A stretch of 60,164 nt of DNA, counting the filler, from Nemertoderma westbladi (taxonomy: Eukaryota; Animalia; Xenacoelomorpha): assembly GCA_032718475.1 (NCBI GenBank). It is 3 parts of 3 records of this genome, joined end to end, with 100 filler letters (N's around TTAATTAATTAA, not from the genome) between each part and the next. Parts side by side here need not be neighbours in the genome. Positions count along the whole stretch, not along the records: positions 27,553 to 54,265 come from JAUCBJ010007722.1; positions 54,366 to 60,164 come from JAUCBJ010002177.1; 1 more part is not named here. The stretch is one strand, 5' to 3'. Numbering within the stretch: position 1 is the first letter of the stretch; every line of letters starts with the position of its first letter. The notes under the pieces are model-generated. The model saw nothing but the letters and a program-made list of their open reading frames with translations, was not told where the DNA came from and ran no database searches. Both the position numbers and the translations under genes were made by a program. Below, one piece after another: positions 49,475 to 60,164 of this stretch.

Positions 49475-52025
49475 GTGTAAGTAAATACCAATTTATCAGT
49501 TTTATTAATATAATAGTAGTAGTTGATAAGTTGTCAAATCATTTGCAGAGGAATAGTTTTACACATTATGCTCCACATAATATCAAATTCAAAGCAGTAA
49601 GTCACATCATACTCATTGCAAACATGAGTCGATAATCAATATAAGTAGACAAATAATAACCAAGTAAGCTGCAATAATATTAAATATGATGATGATCCTT
49701 CTAGAATTGAATTGTTTTTTTCATGAGAATTTTAAACAATTATTTCTTAACACGTAACTTACTGTATCGCTTTTGCATAAAGCATGCCCATGCAGCATAC
49801 TTTCTCTCTTGTACGATATAGTAATACCTATGTAGTATAACTCCACCCTGGTTAGATTAATAATATTGCACTTTAACCGGATTATTCACCCGGGCGGTGG
49901 ACGGTACAGAATATGCTAATTATATACAAAATATAATTAGCATTGCATCGGCCACTTGATAATCAGTTGTTAGATAACAAGTAACATTTTATACAAAATC
50001 TAAATAAAACAATTACGTAAATCTCAACAGCTCATCAATATAATTATTGCATCTATGTAATTACTGTAGAAATAGAATATATGATTATTATTATGCATTG
50101 CTACTATATTATTTCTATTTACATATTTATTGCTTTATTAATACGTATAAATGGCCAGTTCGTTGTAAAAATAGTGAAAAGTGAAAGTACATAATAGTAA
50201 ATGTATAAAGGTCTACAGATCAATTGAAGGACAGGCCTAATATTAATATTATACATTTAATTTTCCGTAAAAATCCAATAGGAAGGCATTCCAATGGAAA
50301 AAATAAGCACAAAACAATAAACTAAACACTTCGTAAGTTAAAAATGAACTTCGCATTGTGATTATAACGGTCGCACATTGTGATCTTATTTTACAACAAA
50401 ATGTTGGCAATGATTACTTAGTTGTATTATATTGTGAATTGGGATACAATTTATTGTTATCCTTAACATTTCCACTGACGTAATAAGTAGAACCAACTGA
50501 TCCCCTGTATGGTTGGCAGGCTCACTTTGACATATACGGCTCTACAATGAAGACTACCTCATGACCTCACTATCACAATACACACACACCGTCTTCATCT
50601 CTCCAAATACTTCCCCACAGGCGTAATCTCAAGTAGAAACGGGGGCTGCTTCTATTAAGACCAATATAGATAGCCTGTTGTGTTGATGGCGTAACTCATG
50701 ATGTATTCAAGACCAATGAATGCTTACTCGAAACATGTATCCAGGTCGCAGGACTTCCGAGGTTCCGACGTCTTCAGTGATCGCAAAGTCAACCTGTTGC
50801 TCACAGTGACTGGACCGGGTTACTATTCACAATACACACAACAGCATAATCTATGTACCCATAGGCGTAGCCAGCATCTGGCCCCCTGGCTACGGCCATG
50901 ACTGTGTTCATTTGTGAGGTAGTTTCATCACTGAGACACTCTCGCCTCGCCACAAACAACCAACCCGAGAGATTGGAATTGTCCTCACGTCAGTCAGTCA
51001 CTGCTTTCGTTACGTAAATTTTAAAAATTCCACTCAAATGTTATATTAGTTATATAAATGGCAAAATTTAAACTCGTTATGCTTTCAAAATTGAGAGAAT
51101 TACAAATGTAATCATATAATCAAACTATCTACGATAATATGATTAGCCTAAACCTGTAAACAAAGTAGAACCGACATCTCAATTTAACAAATATATTTCT
51201 GTTGAATAGACATTGTTGAGGAACATTATGTTGGTTCTCCATAGTTGGATAAATGTAATAGGCCTTCCACATATTATGGACTTCAACCAATGAGCGATCA
51301 ATACTCTGAACACAGCTGGGATTAAGGGTTATTTACTGCATAACAGCAATCTATCATAATAGTAAGGCGATGAATGCCTGCTTCACTAATGCGACAATAA
51401 TAATTATGCACTTAAGCTCACAATTTTAATACGGCAGCATTTTTCGATTGTTCTACTGTATCCGTAACTCAGAAATAAATTACAACAGTGTATGATGTGG
51501 ATCACAGAATAAATTACGGTGCAAATTGAACATTAATTAAAAAATGTTTGTATACATGCGACTGAAATAGTCACAGATTCTAGCATTCTAAAGCATAATT
51601 GAATAATATGACCTATAATTTTTTATAAAATCGATCGTATATACACAATACAGTATCTACATAATATAAGTTTCAGTAGACGTACTTAGTGAGTAACAAT
51701 AGGCACACGAATTATCTAAATATTGACATAATTATTTCAGTTTAATATTGGCAATCAAGTAGGCCTACTGTATATTATTTATATACATATGGGAGGTCAT
51801 TGTACTTGTCGGATATAATACTACCAATACAACCTAAGATGGGCAATGACAATGGGAGCATACACACTAAACACATTACAGTATACAGTACATTGTCCTG
51901 TCCTGTATCCTGTATGGGTGTGGTGTGGATGAGGGCTGATACTTGTTACTATACGTCTGAAATATTTATTATTAGTATTAATATTATGAGTGGCATTATG
52001 TGGCCTATGTAGCTGCGGAATCTAG

Positions 52026-52127
52026 TACCTTATTAGAGACCTCGCCCACCCCCACCCACCCCCACCCACCCCCACCCACCCCCACCCACCCCCACCCACC
52101 CCCACCCCACCCCACCCCACCCGCCCC
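52026..52127. repeat. (CCCACCCACC)n simple repeat, G-quadruplex-prone on the minus strand
   Basis: About 100 bp of cccacccacc/ccccac units. Confidence 0.85.
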
Positions 52128-54004
52128 TCCAAATCTCATTTACTAAAAATCAGATACAACAACTATACAATAAAAGAACTAGAACTGAAATTTACACAAT
52201 CTTCTTGGACGTAATTTATTTGTATAGGAATAATCCGTCAAGCAATAATTACCGCATATTTTTAACGAATTCAAACTCAAAGAAGTAATACTCTATGCTT
52301 AAGGTGGGTGGAGTTGTAATTGCCAAAGTACTGTGTAATTAATAACGAAAGAAATGTCATACAGCCACTGCATGCATAGGCTAGTATGCACAAAGTGAAC
52401 AAGGCTGCTACATCAGTCATCACATCCCAGTGGAAAAGGCCAACATTAACATATTGCATATAATTATTGTGGGTATTTCTCATTCAAACATTTAAATGGC
52501 TTGCAATGGGTGGGATTATTATTTATTTAAGAGGTTAATGATACGCGGCTTATTGCTAAATTACCGCCGATGTATATCGCTATGTTTTATATCAGGATTA
52601 GTAACAAGATATTTTCAACGTATACAGTGATCCATCCTGTCGGTTAGAACGCACACCGGACACGAAACGACCAAGTATGACATGAACTATCCGATTTCAC
52701 CACAACACATGTCCCGGGAACCTGCCATGCAATCTATCCGCACCCGCCTCCGCGCGCATGTCTCAGAATCAACTCAACAACCAAATAGCCGCCCGAACAA
52801 CTATAATCACGAGATTGAAAATGATTGAGAATCGAAATTCCTTCTTCACGAGGATTACAAATTTGAGATGTATGCACTTCATGAACAACTATGCCCCGCT
52901 GTAATTGGATTGAATATATAGCGGGACCCGGGGGGGTTCTTGTGCCGGGGGGGGGGGGGGGGGGGGTGGGCCGGGGCTGGTTTTGTTGTTTGGTTGGCGG
53001 TTATGGGGTCTGGGAAGGTATGGGGCTGGGAGGCTGTGACCAGAGAGAGTCATAAGGGGGGGGGGGGGGGGGTGGGGGGTGTTCCCTGCAGGTTATGGGG
53101 CGATAAGGACAGTTGGGTGGGAATGTAGGGTTGGAATACTTTTTGCCAGGAAAAGTAGGATAGGAAGGCAGGTAAGAAGTGGGGAGGTGTTGGCGGGTAG
53201 GGTTGTGGGAGTACGTTTGTCGGGTATAGGGGAGGGTGGCAGGGTGATATAGGGTTGGTGGTTGGAGGATGGGAGTAGTGGGGGATGGGATTGCATTGCC
53301 TGGGTTGTCAGGAGTGTTAAATGTATTAAATTATGTGAGGAAGTGATGGCCAATATCATTTAAATTTGCTCATTTTTCTACATTATCCATTCAGAATGTG
53401 TAACCATTTCTGTCTTTGTTATAGTTAATAAAATAAATCCCTTACTTAGTATTATCTTACAACCTCCTTTCCTACACGGGGCTTCAATATCGATTTTGTT
53501 AATGAGGCGAAACCGCCATTGGTGATGACGTCATCATTTTTCCTGAAAACATGTGTTACTGTACTGTATAATCAAATCCCTGATTAAATGTGTCGCTTAA
53601 TTTGTTTTGTATGTAAGTCGGGTCGGGTCGCCTGTAAGAATCAATGACATTCGCCCTACAGTAATTACTGTATTTGCAAGGAAGATAAAAATGTATTTAT
53701 CAACGCCGTAAGTCTTTGGTGGCTATAATAATAATATTATGTTTGTTTCATACAGTAGGCCTACATAACTGCGGTAGGCCCTAATATGATTAATGACATG
53801 TGTGATCTAAGCTTTACAGGCTGTATGGTAGCTAATTCAACTGTAGGCCTACTGTATGTGTACAGTATAGATGAGCAAAACAAAATTAAGAAAAAATATC
53901 AGTTGCACATATTAGAGTGTACTAGTACAGTAGGCCTTTCTTATTAATACGATAAGTCCATGTCGGCTTGTGTGCCACTAAATCACGGCCATATGAAAAC
54001 GTAA

Positions 54005-54230
54005 AGTAAAGTTTTCTTCGGCTGTTAGGCCAGGAATTACGCACATTATTTACGACTTATTTCCAGTGCGGTCCCTCAGAACTATACTCCCAAGTGGAAA
54101 CTGGTACTCATTTAGCTACCATGTAAGGATGCAAGACAACAGATGCGAACTGACTAGTCCCTTTCAATCATACGCTTGCCGAATCGAAAATTGCCCTGGA
54201 AACCATCAGTCTATGCTGGGATAGAACTTT
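54005..54230 (-). mobile_element. SINE, same family as 3760-4011
   Basis: Shared blocks taggccagg.attacgcaca, cgacttatttccagtgcggtccc, gtactcatttagctacca...taaggatgcaag and tgccgaa.cgaaaa.tgccctgg. Confidence 0.7.
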
Positions 54231-54265
54231 GTAGGACGAGTTTGTGTTACTGCAGAAATTGTTAC

Positions 54266-54365
54266 NNNNNNNNNNNNNNNNNNNNNNNNNNNNNNNNNNN
54301 NNNNNNNNNTTAATTAATTAANNNNNNNNNNNNNNNNNNNNNNNNNNNNNNNNNNNNNNNNNNNN
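54266..54365. other. assembly gap / artificial contig linker
   Basis: 44 N + TTAATTAATTAA + 44 N. Confidence 0.97.
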
Positions 54366-54489
54366 CGCAAAATAAAATTCCTGACGTAAACTGTTAATTT
54401 TACCAATAAATAAATTGTCCCCGCTTCCTAATTGTTCTGACACCAAATTACATTTGTAATCTAATAGGTTTCCCAAATGAAGCGCTCTT

Positions 54490-54960
54490 TTACCCACGGT
54501 AATGGCGATCCATTGAGGGATATTTTAGCTGCCGGTTCAGACCATGCTGAAGCAAACGGAACGCATTTTTCGATTTCGATTTTGTCTGAATGGGATTAGT
54601 GCTGAATTTTAACTTATTGTTGGACGCAAATCTCTGATAGATGTCAACCATGTACTGCAGACCGGAAATAGATGGACATAAAAGAAGGATGTCGTCGGCA
54701 TAAACAAAGATTCCGTAGTAGAACGACCCTATTGTGCAACCAATTCGAGATGACCTCAGGGAATGGACCAACACATTCATAACTACACAAAACAAAACAG
54801 GGCTGGCGACAGATCCCTGTTGGACACCATTGGAGACATTGAAAGAGTCAGAATCATTACCCATTGGAACACTTTGTTTATTAATGATGACAAAGCAATG
54901 GCTCTGTAATTACTAGACGCTAAGTGGTCACCCAATGAGTCTGTAAGCAAAGGCGACGAA
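54490..54960 (-). pseudogene. non-LTR retrotransposon RT fragment with internal deletion
   Basis: SSNYRAIALSSLINKVF joined to SDSFNVSNGVQQGSVASPVLF...VYADDILLL. Confidence 0.85.
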
Positions 54961-55289
54961 TCGAGGCAACGCCGATAGAGATGATTGCTACAATAATAAT
55001 AATAAAACCAATTGTGATGGATGGAATACAACAGAATATATAAGTAGCAACACAGCCGGAGCTGAAGGATATATAACTGTTGGGTTGAATCCTCCTGTTA
55101 TTGAATCTATACCGGAGGTATTTGAGATAGAAATACTATATTTTACTAACGGTACGCATACGGAAAATCTCCAAGACAACCCAGCCATATCCGATCAGAC
55201 CGTTTCCCCTCTTATAATAATTCTCCCACCCCAATGTAAAGCTGATAATGATCCAGAGTGTAGCTGCGATTTATTAAGTTGTACTTATT

Positions 55290-56533
55290 GCACGGTTATC
55301 AAGTTATGTATTTTCCTGTATATTTTACCCGAGGGCGCAGCCCGTGGGTTCCCTGCCCGAGAGAAAAACTACTTACAAGCCTACATGGAAAGAACCCAAT
55401 GAGTTCCCGAAGGTCTGACAATTATCCTCATTGGATTCCGTCTACAGAGAGGGGGGGGGGGGGGGAAGAAGAGGGCCTCCGTGGAGCCACATCGCGGCAT
55501 CCCCACGCCACAATTCAACGGACAGGCGTTGGAATAGGTGCCTGGCCGCATTGGGAGCGGGAATGCCTCGATGGAGACTCTGGAGTTGTGCGATTTCCCA
55601 GAGGACTGCATTGGAGTCCGAGTCCCATCCACCCAGGGCCTCCAACACGAGAGGGGTGTATTCCACACACAAATTGCGGCACTCCTCGAGGTGGGCGGTG
55701 AGTTTGCGTTCCCGGGCGATGGAGAGGGCATGTCCAGGGGTACTGGCGGCTTGGGAGAGGGTTCGTGACTGGAGGGGGGAGATAACTGTGACATCTAGTG
55801 CCATGGGCTAGCCCCTTTTCCAGTTAGGAAGGTACACGTCGGCAGGGCGACTGCGGGAGCCAGGGATCAGGCCGGGGACTTCACTCCTGGACGCTAGAGC
55901 TGCTGATTGAGCTGTTTGGAAGATAGCATTCCGGAGTGAGTCATTTTTATATCCTGTTTCCTTCACCGCCACAGCCAACATGATGGTCTCCAAATGGGTC
56001 AGAGGCAGAGGAGCAGATGGGACAGGGAGTTGGTTCCGAGACCATGCGAACACCTAGCCAGTAGTCCAGGGAGAGCCTGAATTCCTGGTCCAGGAAGTGT
56101 AGGCCCAGATTCTCAGAGGGGATGGCTTGAAGCCAGTCCCCAGCATGGTGCAAAGCCGTGGAATTGGCAAGGGCCCGGGATCTGAGGTCAGGTGCTGTGG
56201 CGAGGAGATGGGTGTGGAGGGCAGAGTCCACTGAGTGGGAAAACTTTCTCTGGGTTACAGGGGTTGGTAGAGCAGATATTGATCTTCACTCGGGTTCGTT
56301 GGCAATGGTGGACAGAGAGGTGAGAGCAGGTTGTAAGTTTGGGTTGACTGGTGAATGGCCAAGGATGTGAGATATGAGCGGCTCAGCCTGGCATGCAGAT
56401 GCCACGTAGGCAGCTGGGGCATGTGAAATGGCCTTTCGCAGGCCAAGGCCCCCCATGGAGGTAGGAAGGCATGAAATGTCATAAGACCAGTCTGAGAGGG
56501 ATTCTCCAACCAGGTCAGACAAGGAATCAGGCG
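55290..56533 (-). mobile_element. 3' part of a CRE-like (restriction-like endonuclease) non-LTR retrotransposon
   Basis: LPTSMGGLGL, AGDWLQAIP...GL...EFR...WLG, CCHC (CPIC...DPFGDHHVGC), RPADV, ALDVTVISP, RERK, PLVLEALGGW in frameshifted segments; the 3' boundary is approximate. Confidence 0.85.
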
Positions 56534-56689
56534 TCAGGCATTATCAAGGCAGCGATGATTGCCCTCAAAATGAGTGTTAACAATGTCGTTTATTGTTTTG
56601 GTTAGATAAATTCGTCTCTGTAACCTATCGTGTCTTGCTAACCTGCACCTTTCCCCCAAACGGGCGAAGGTTGGACGCGGGCGAAGATT

Positions 56690-56930
56690 CCACGCAACAA
56701 ACACACCCCATATAGTTGGTTTGCTAGCATTTATGGTTTCGCCCAATCTAATTGAAATGACCCCGAGGCAGAAACGCAGTGCAATGAGGACTTGCAGAAA
56801 CGCAGATAGAGGATAAATTCGTTTGCTCTCTAACTCCACACTGATCGACAGAATTGCTTCACCGTTAAATCGAAACATTTGGTACAAATCGTCGTCGTTA
56901 TAGAGATCGTATATACATACTGTAAAAGTA
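56690..56930 (-). pseudogene. PIF/Harbinger (HARBI1-like) transposase N-terminal fragment
   Basis: YNDDDLYQMFRFNGEAILSI...PLSAFLQVLIALRF...LGETINASKPTI resembles the Harbinger HTH region. Confidence 0.6.
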
Positions 56931-56940
56931 TTCACTACAG

Positions 56941-57676
56941 TATGTATGTGTGTATGTATGTGTGTATGTATGTATGTATGTATGTATGTATGTGTGTATG
57001 TATGTGTGTATGTATGTATGTATGTATGTATGTGTGTATGTATGTATGTATGTATGTATGTATGTATGTATGTATGTATGTATGTATGTATGTATGTATG
57101 TATGTATGTATGTATGTATGTATGTATGTATGTATGTATGTATGTATGTATGTATGTATGTATGTATGTATGTATGTATGTATGTATGTATGTATGTATG
57201 TATGTATGTATGTATGTATGTATGTATGTATGTATGTATGTATGTATGTATGTATGTATGTATGTATGTATGTATGTATGTATGTATGTATGTATGTATG
57301 TATGTATGTATGTATGTATGTATGTATGTATGTATGTATGTATGTATGTATGTATGTATGTATGTATGTATGTATGTATGTATGTGTGTATGTATGTATG
57401 TATGTATGTATGTATGTGTGTATGTATGTGTGTATGTATGTATGTATGTATGTATGTGTGTATGTATGTATGTATGTATGTATGTATGTATGTATGTATG
57501 TATGTATGTATGTATGTATGTATGTATGTATGTATGTATGTATGTATGTATGTATGTATGTATGTATGTATGTATGTATGTATGTATGTATGTATGTATG
57601 TATGTATGTATGTATGTATGTATGTATGTATGTATGTATGTATGTATGTATGTAGGGGTGTATGTATGTATGTATG

Positions 57677-57710
<34 letters not shown>

Positions 57711-57775
57711 TGTATGTATGTATGTATGTATGTATGTATGTATGTATGTATGTATGTATGTATGTATGTATGTAT
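56941..57775. repeat. (TATG)n microsatellite, about 835 bp
   Basis: Direct reading; occasional TGTG interruptions. Confidence 0.99.
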
Positions 57776-58264
57776 TGCCTTGGGCGAGGGTTGGACGCGG
57801 GAAAAGTTTGCACACAACCTTTGTAGCCATTTCTGTACTACGTAGTGATAAATAGGCCTACGGTACTGTTCGTTGTCGAAAATATTTAGTGTTGGGTGCG
57901 ACCTCACGTAATATTCGTAAAGCGAAATCGTTAAATTTAAGTAAACGTCTTGTTTATGAAATATGCGTTCTTTACGTTATCCTAAATAAAATGCGTTATC
58001 GTAACTTTGCCAAAATAACGATATGTATATATTATAAATAATTCTTTAATAGCCAATAATAAGATGAATGCAAATGGATGCACATAATTCCTAACATAAA
58101 TGACACAGCCATGCAAATCGTGAAACAAATCTCATATTACATCGTACAGCCAGATTTATCAAATTATATAAAATCAAATTGTGTTTAATTATCGCAGTAG
58201 GGATTTAGATTAAAAACAGCTCTTTGCTGATATTAAAATTAAAATTAATTAACATATAGTACAA

Positions 58265-59832
58265 GTTAATATCACGTGTCTCAATCTAGGCTCAATCCCA
58301 GAAGTTAGGATGTCCAGTTTCATCAAGGTTCTATACAAAGGAAAGGGTAAAATTACCAATTCAGATAATTACCGCGGCATAGCGCTTCTCAGCGTCATTC
58401 TCAAAATATTTACCTCCATTATAAACAAGCGTTTACTACTCAGACTCTTACATCGTTTACCACTAGAACAATTTGGGTTTACCCCGGGCAAATCTACAAC
58501 CGACGCAATTAAACTCCTCCTTTCCGAGATCTCGTCACTAGTTGCCTCTGAGGGACGAGTCTATGTGGCTTTCGTAGACTTTCGGAAGGCCTTCGACTCC
58601 ACCAGCCGAAATATTTTCTTCCATAAACTCTACCACGATTTTGGTGTCAAAGGGAAACTATACAACATCATCAAATCAATACTGAAAGTAAATTTCGTAC
58701 AAATCTATGATGGGTTACGTCTATCAAATGCAATCCGACAAATACTCGGTTTCTTACAAGGCGATTGCCTTTCTCCGACGAATTTCATCCTGTACATTGC
58801 CGACCTCGTATCTGCCCTGCGGCGCGCAATCCAGTTTCTGAAATGTATATTTTATGCCGATGATCTTGCTTTTTACTCTACCAACCCTAGGGATATTCAA
58901 GACGGTCTTAACAACCTTTACAAATGGTGCTGTGAAAACTCTCTACAAGTTAACCTAATAAAAACAAAGATTGTTAAGTTTAGGAAGGGTGGCCGGCTTG
59001 CTCTGTATGACAAATTCTTTTACAATGGGGAGGCTGTAACAATCTGTGACTATTACGAGTATCTGGGACTCACCCTACAACCAACTTTGACGTTCACAAA
59101 GCACATTAAAGCAAAAAAGGAAAAAGCATATTCCGCCATTGGCTCTCTTAAAAACCTGCATCTAGTTTCTGTACAAACCGGAATGAAAATATTTCAAATG
59201 AAGATTTTCCCAATGACAACTTACGCAATATCCGAGTTTGGTCCCCTGCTTACACTGCCCCAACTAAAGGAAATCGATAAAATAAAATCTACATTTATAA
59301 AACGGTTACTCGGCCTACACATCTCACCCTCCTCCACGCTCGCTTTGAAATTAATCAGCGAAGAAACCTTAACTAATGACATTGTTCTTAAATTCCCAGG
59401 CATATTTAACTCAGCAATTCTAGAACAGTACAACACTTTCAGAAACGATCGCAATGTAGAACAATACCAGCTGGGACCTGCGTTCCAATCATCTAGCTGG
59501 TAACGCAGCGGCCAACGGCACCGTCACCTAGCAACAAGAACCACATCACATGGGTTTCATTTCAAGCTGTGTGAAAATAAATCCTACCACGATCCCTGTA
59601 TTGACTGTATATGTCGTTTCTGTCTGCCACCCGCAAAGGACCGATACCATGCCCAAGTCTGCGACAAATGCCCAACAATATCCACCATATCCTCTCAATA
59701 ACTAATTACTTTAGACCATATATTAATATTTTTTATAATTTATAAATTTTAGATTCCGTGCAATTTAATATGTAATTACTTAGGTTTTACCATTTGCCCC
59801 GACTGGGGGTGTCCAGATTAATTAATAATAAT
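58265..59832 (+). mobile_element. 5'-truncated LINE: RT domain, C-terminal Cys/His finger and 3' UTR
   Basis: ORF 58310..59503: NYRGIALL, QFGF, FVDFRKAFD, GFLQGDCLSP, YADDL, YEYLG; after one stop the frame continues to CICRFC...DRYHAQVC (ends about 59701); short (TAA)n tail near 59820-59832. Confidence 0.9.
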
Positions 59833-60164
59833 ATCAGTAAAAGGGTAAATTATATTGTCAACTAATGAGAATGATTAAGTGTATAACTATCATTCGCACA
59901 CAAACAAAGACCAAAACACCTCGCTTCTTACAAATTTTAAGAGCATCAATGTTGTTGTTAAAACCTTCCTTTAATAATAACTTCCTAATTTTATTGCATT
60001 ATGAGATTTACGATAATGTTGTGAAACAGCCAAACGTGCTGTTGTAACTTACAAGTTTACGGTAACGTAAGCATTCGTTAACTCTGCGACAACTTTATTA
60101 AACCGGGCCAAAAACTATTTTTTTAATACACGAACTACATGACTCACTACTTCAAGACAGCATA

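Noticed and set aside
50860-50900. Minimal hAT-like inverted repeat cataggcgtagccag...ctggctacggccatg
   Set aside because: No matching 8-bp TSD; too short to support.
52670-52922. Penelope GIY-YIG remnant (QSIRTRLRAH...PAVIGLN)
   Set aside because: The GIY/YIG core is not recognisable; similarity is too weak without a profile search.
56534-57907. HTYI / MYVC repeat proteins of 258-457 aa
   Set aside because: Stop-free frames of (TATG)n; only the Harbinger-like tail has real homology.

Overview
AT-rich, repeat-dense animal (invertebrate-like) genomic DNA made of three contigs joined by artificial 100-bp spacers (44 N + TTAATTAATTAA + 44 N at 27453-27552 and 54266-54365). The only clear host gene is Rab27 (minus strand, four coding exons between 32416 and 49474, 234 aa, C-terminal CxC). 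Its introns hold a 2.9-kb 44-bp minisatellite, MITEs and three non-autonomous rolling-circle-type elements with 147-bp satellite cores. Contig 1 (1-27452) is nested transposon debris: a hAT-type transposase, Helitron Rep fragments, a piggyBac inserted at TTAA in a Helitron Rep, BEL/Pao pieces (including an uninterrupted 958-aa Gag-protease ORF lacking RT and integrase), a Penelope-like fragment and two SGNH hydrolase remnants. Contig 3 holds three non-LTR retrotransposon fragments, a Harbinger fragment and a (TATG)n tract. The most notable signals are phased CTCF-like motifs in the Helitron satellites, a strong excess of TACAGTA/TACTGTA (Tc1-type excision footprint) in non-coding DNA, the RT-less BEL/Pao element with unknown downstream ORFs, and a possible tyrosine recombinase/C2H2/SGNH element at 1-3.1 kb. 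All family calls come from motif recognition by eye; no database search was run.
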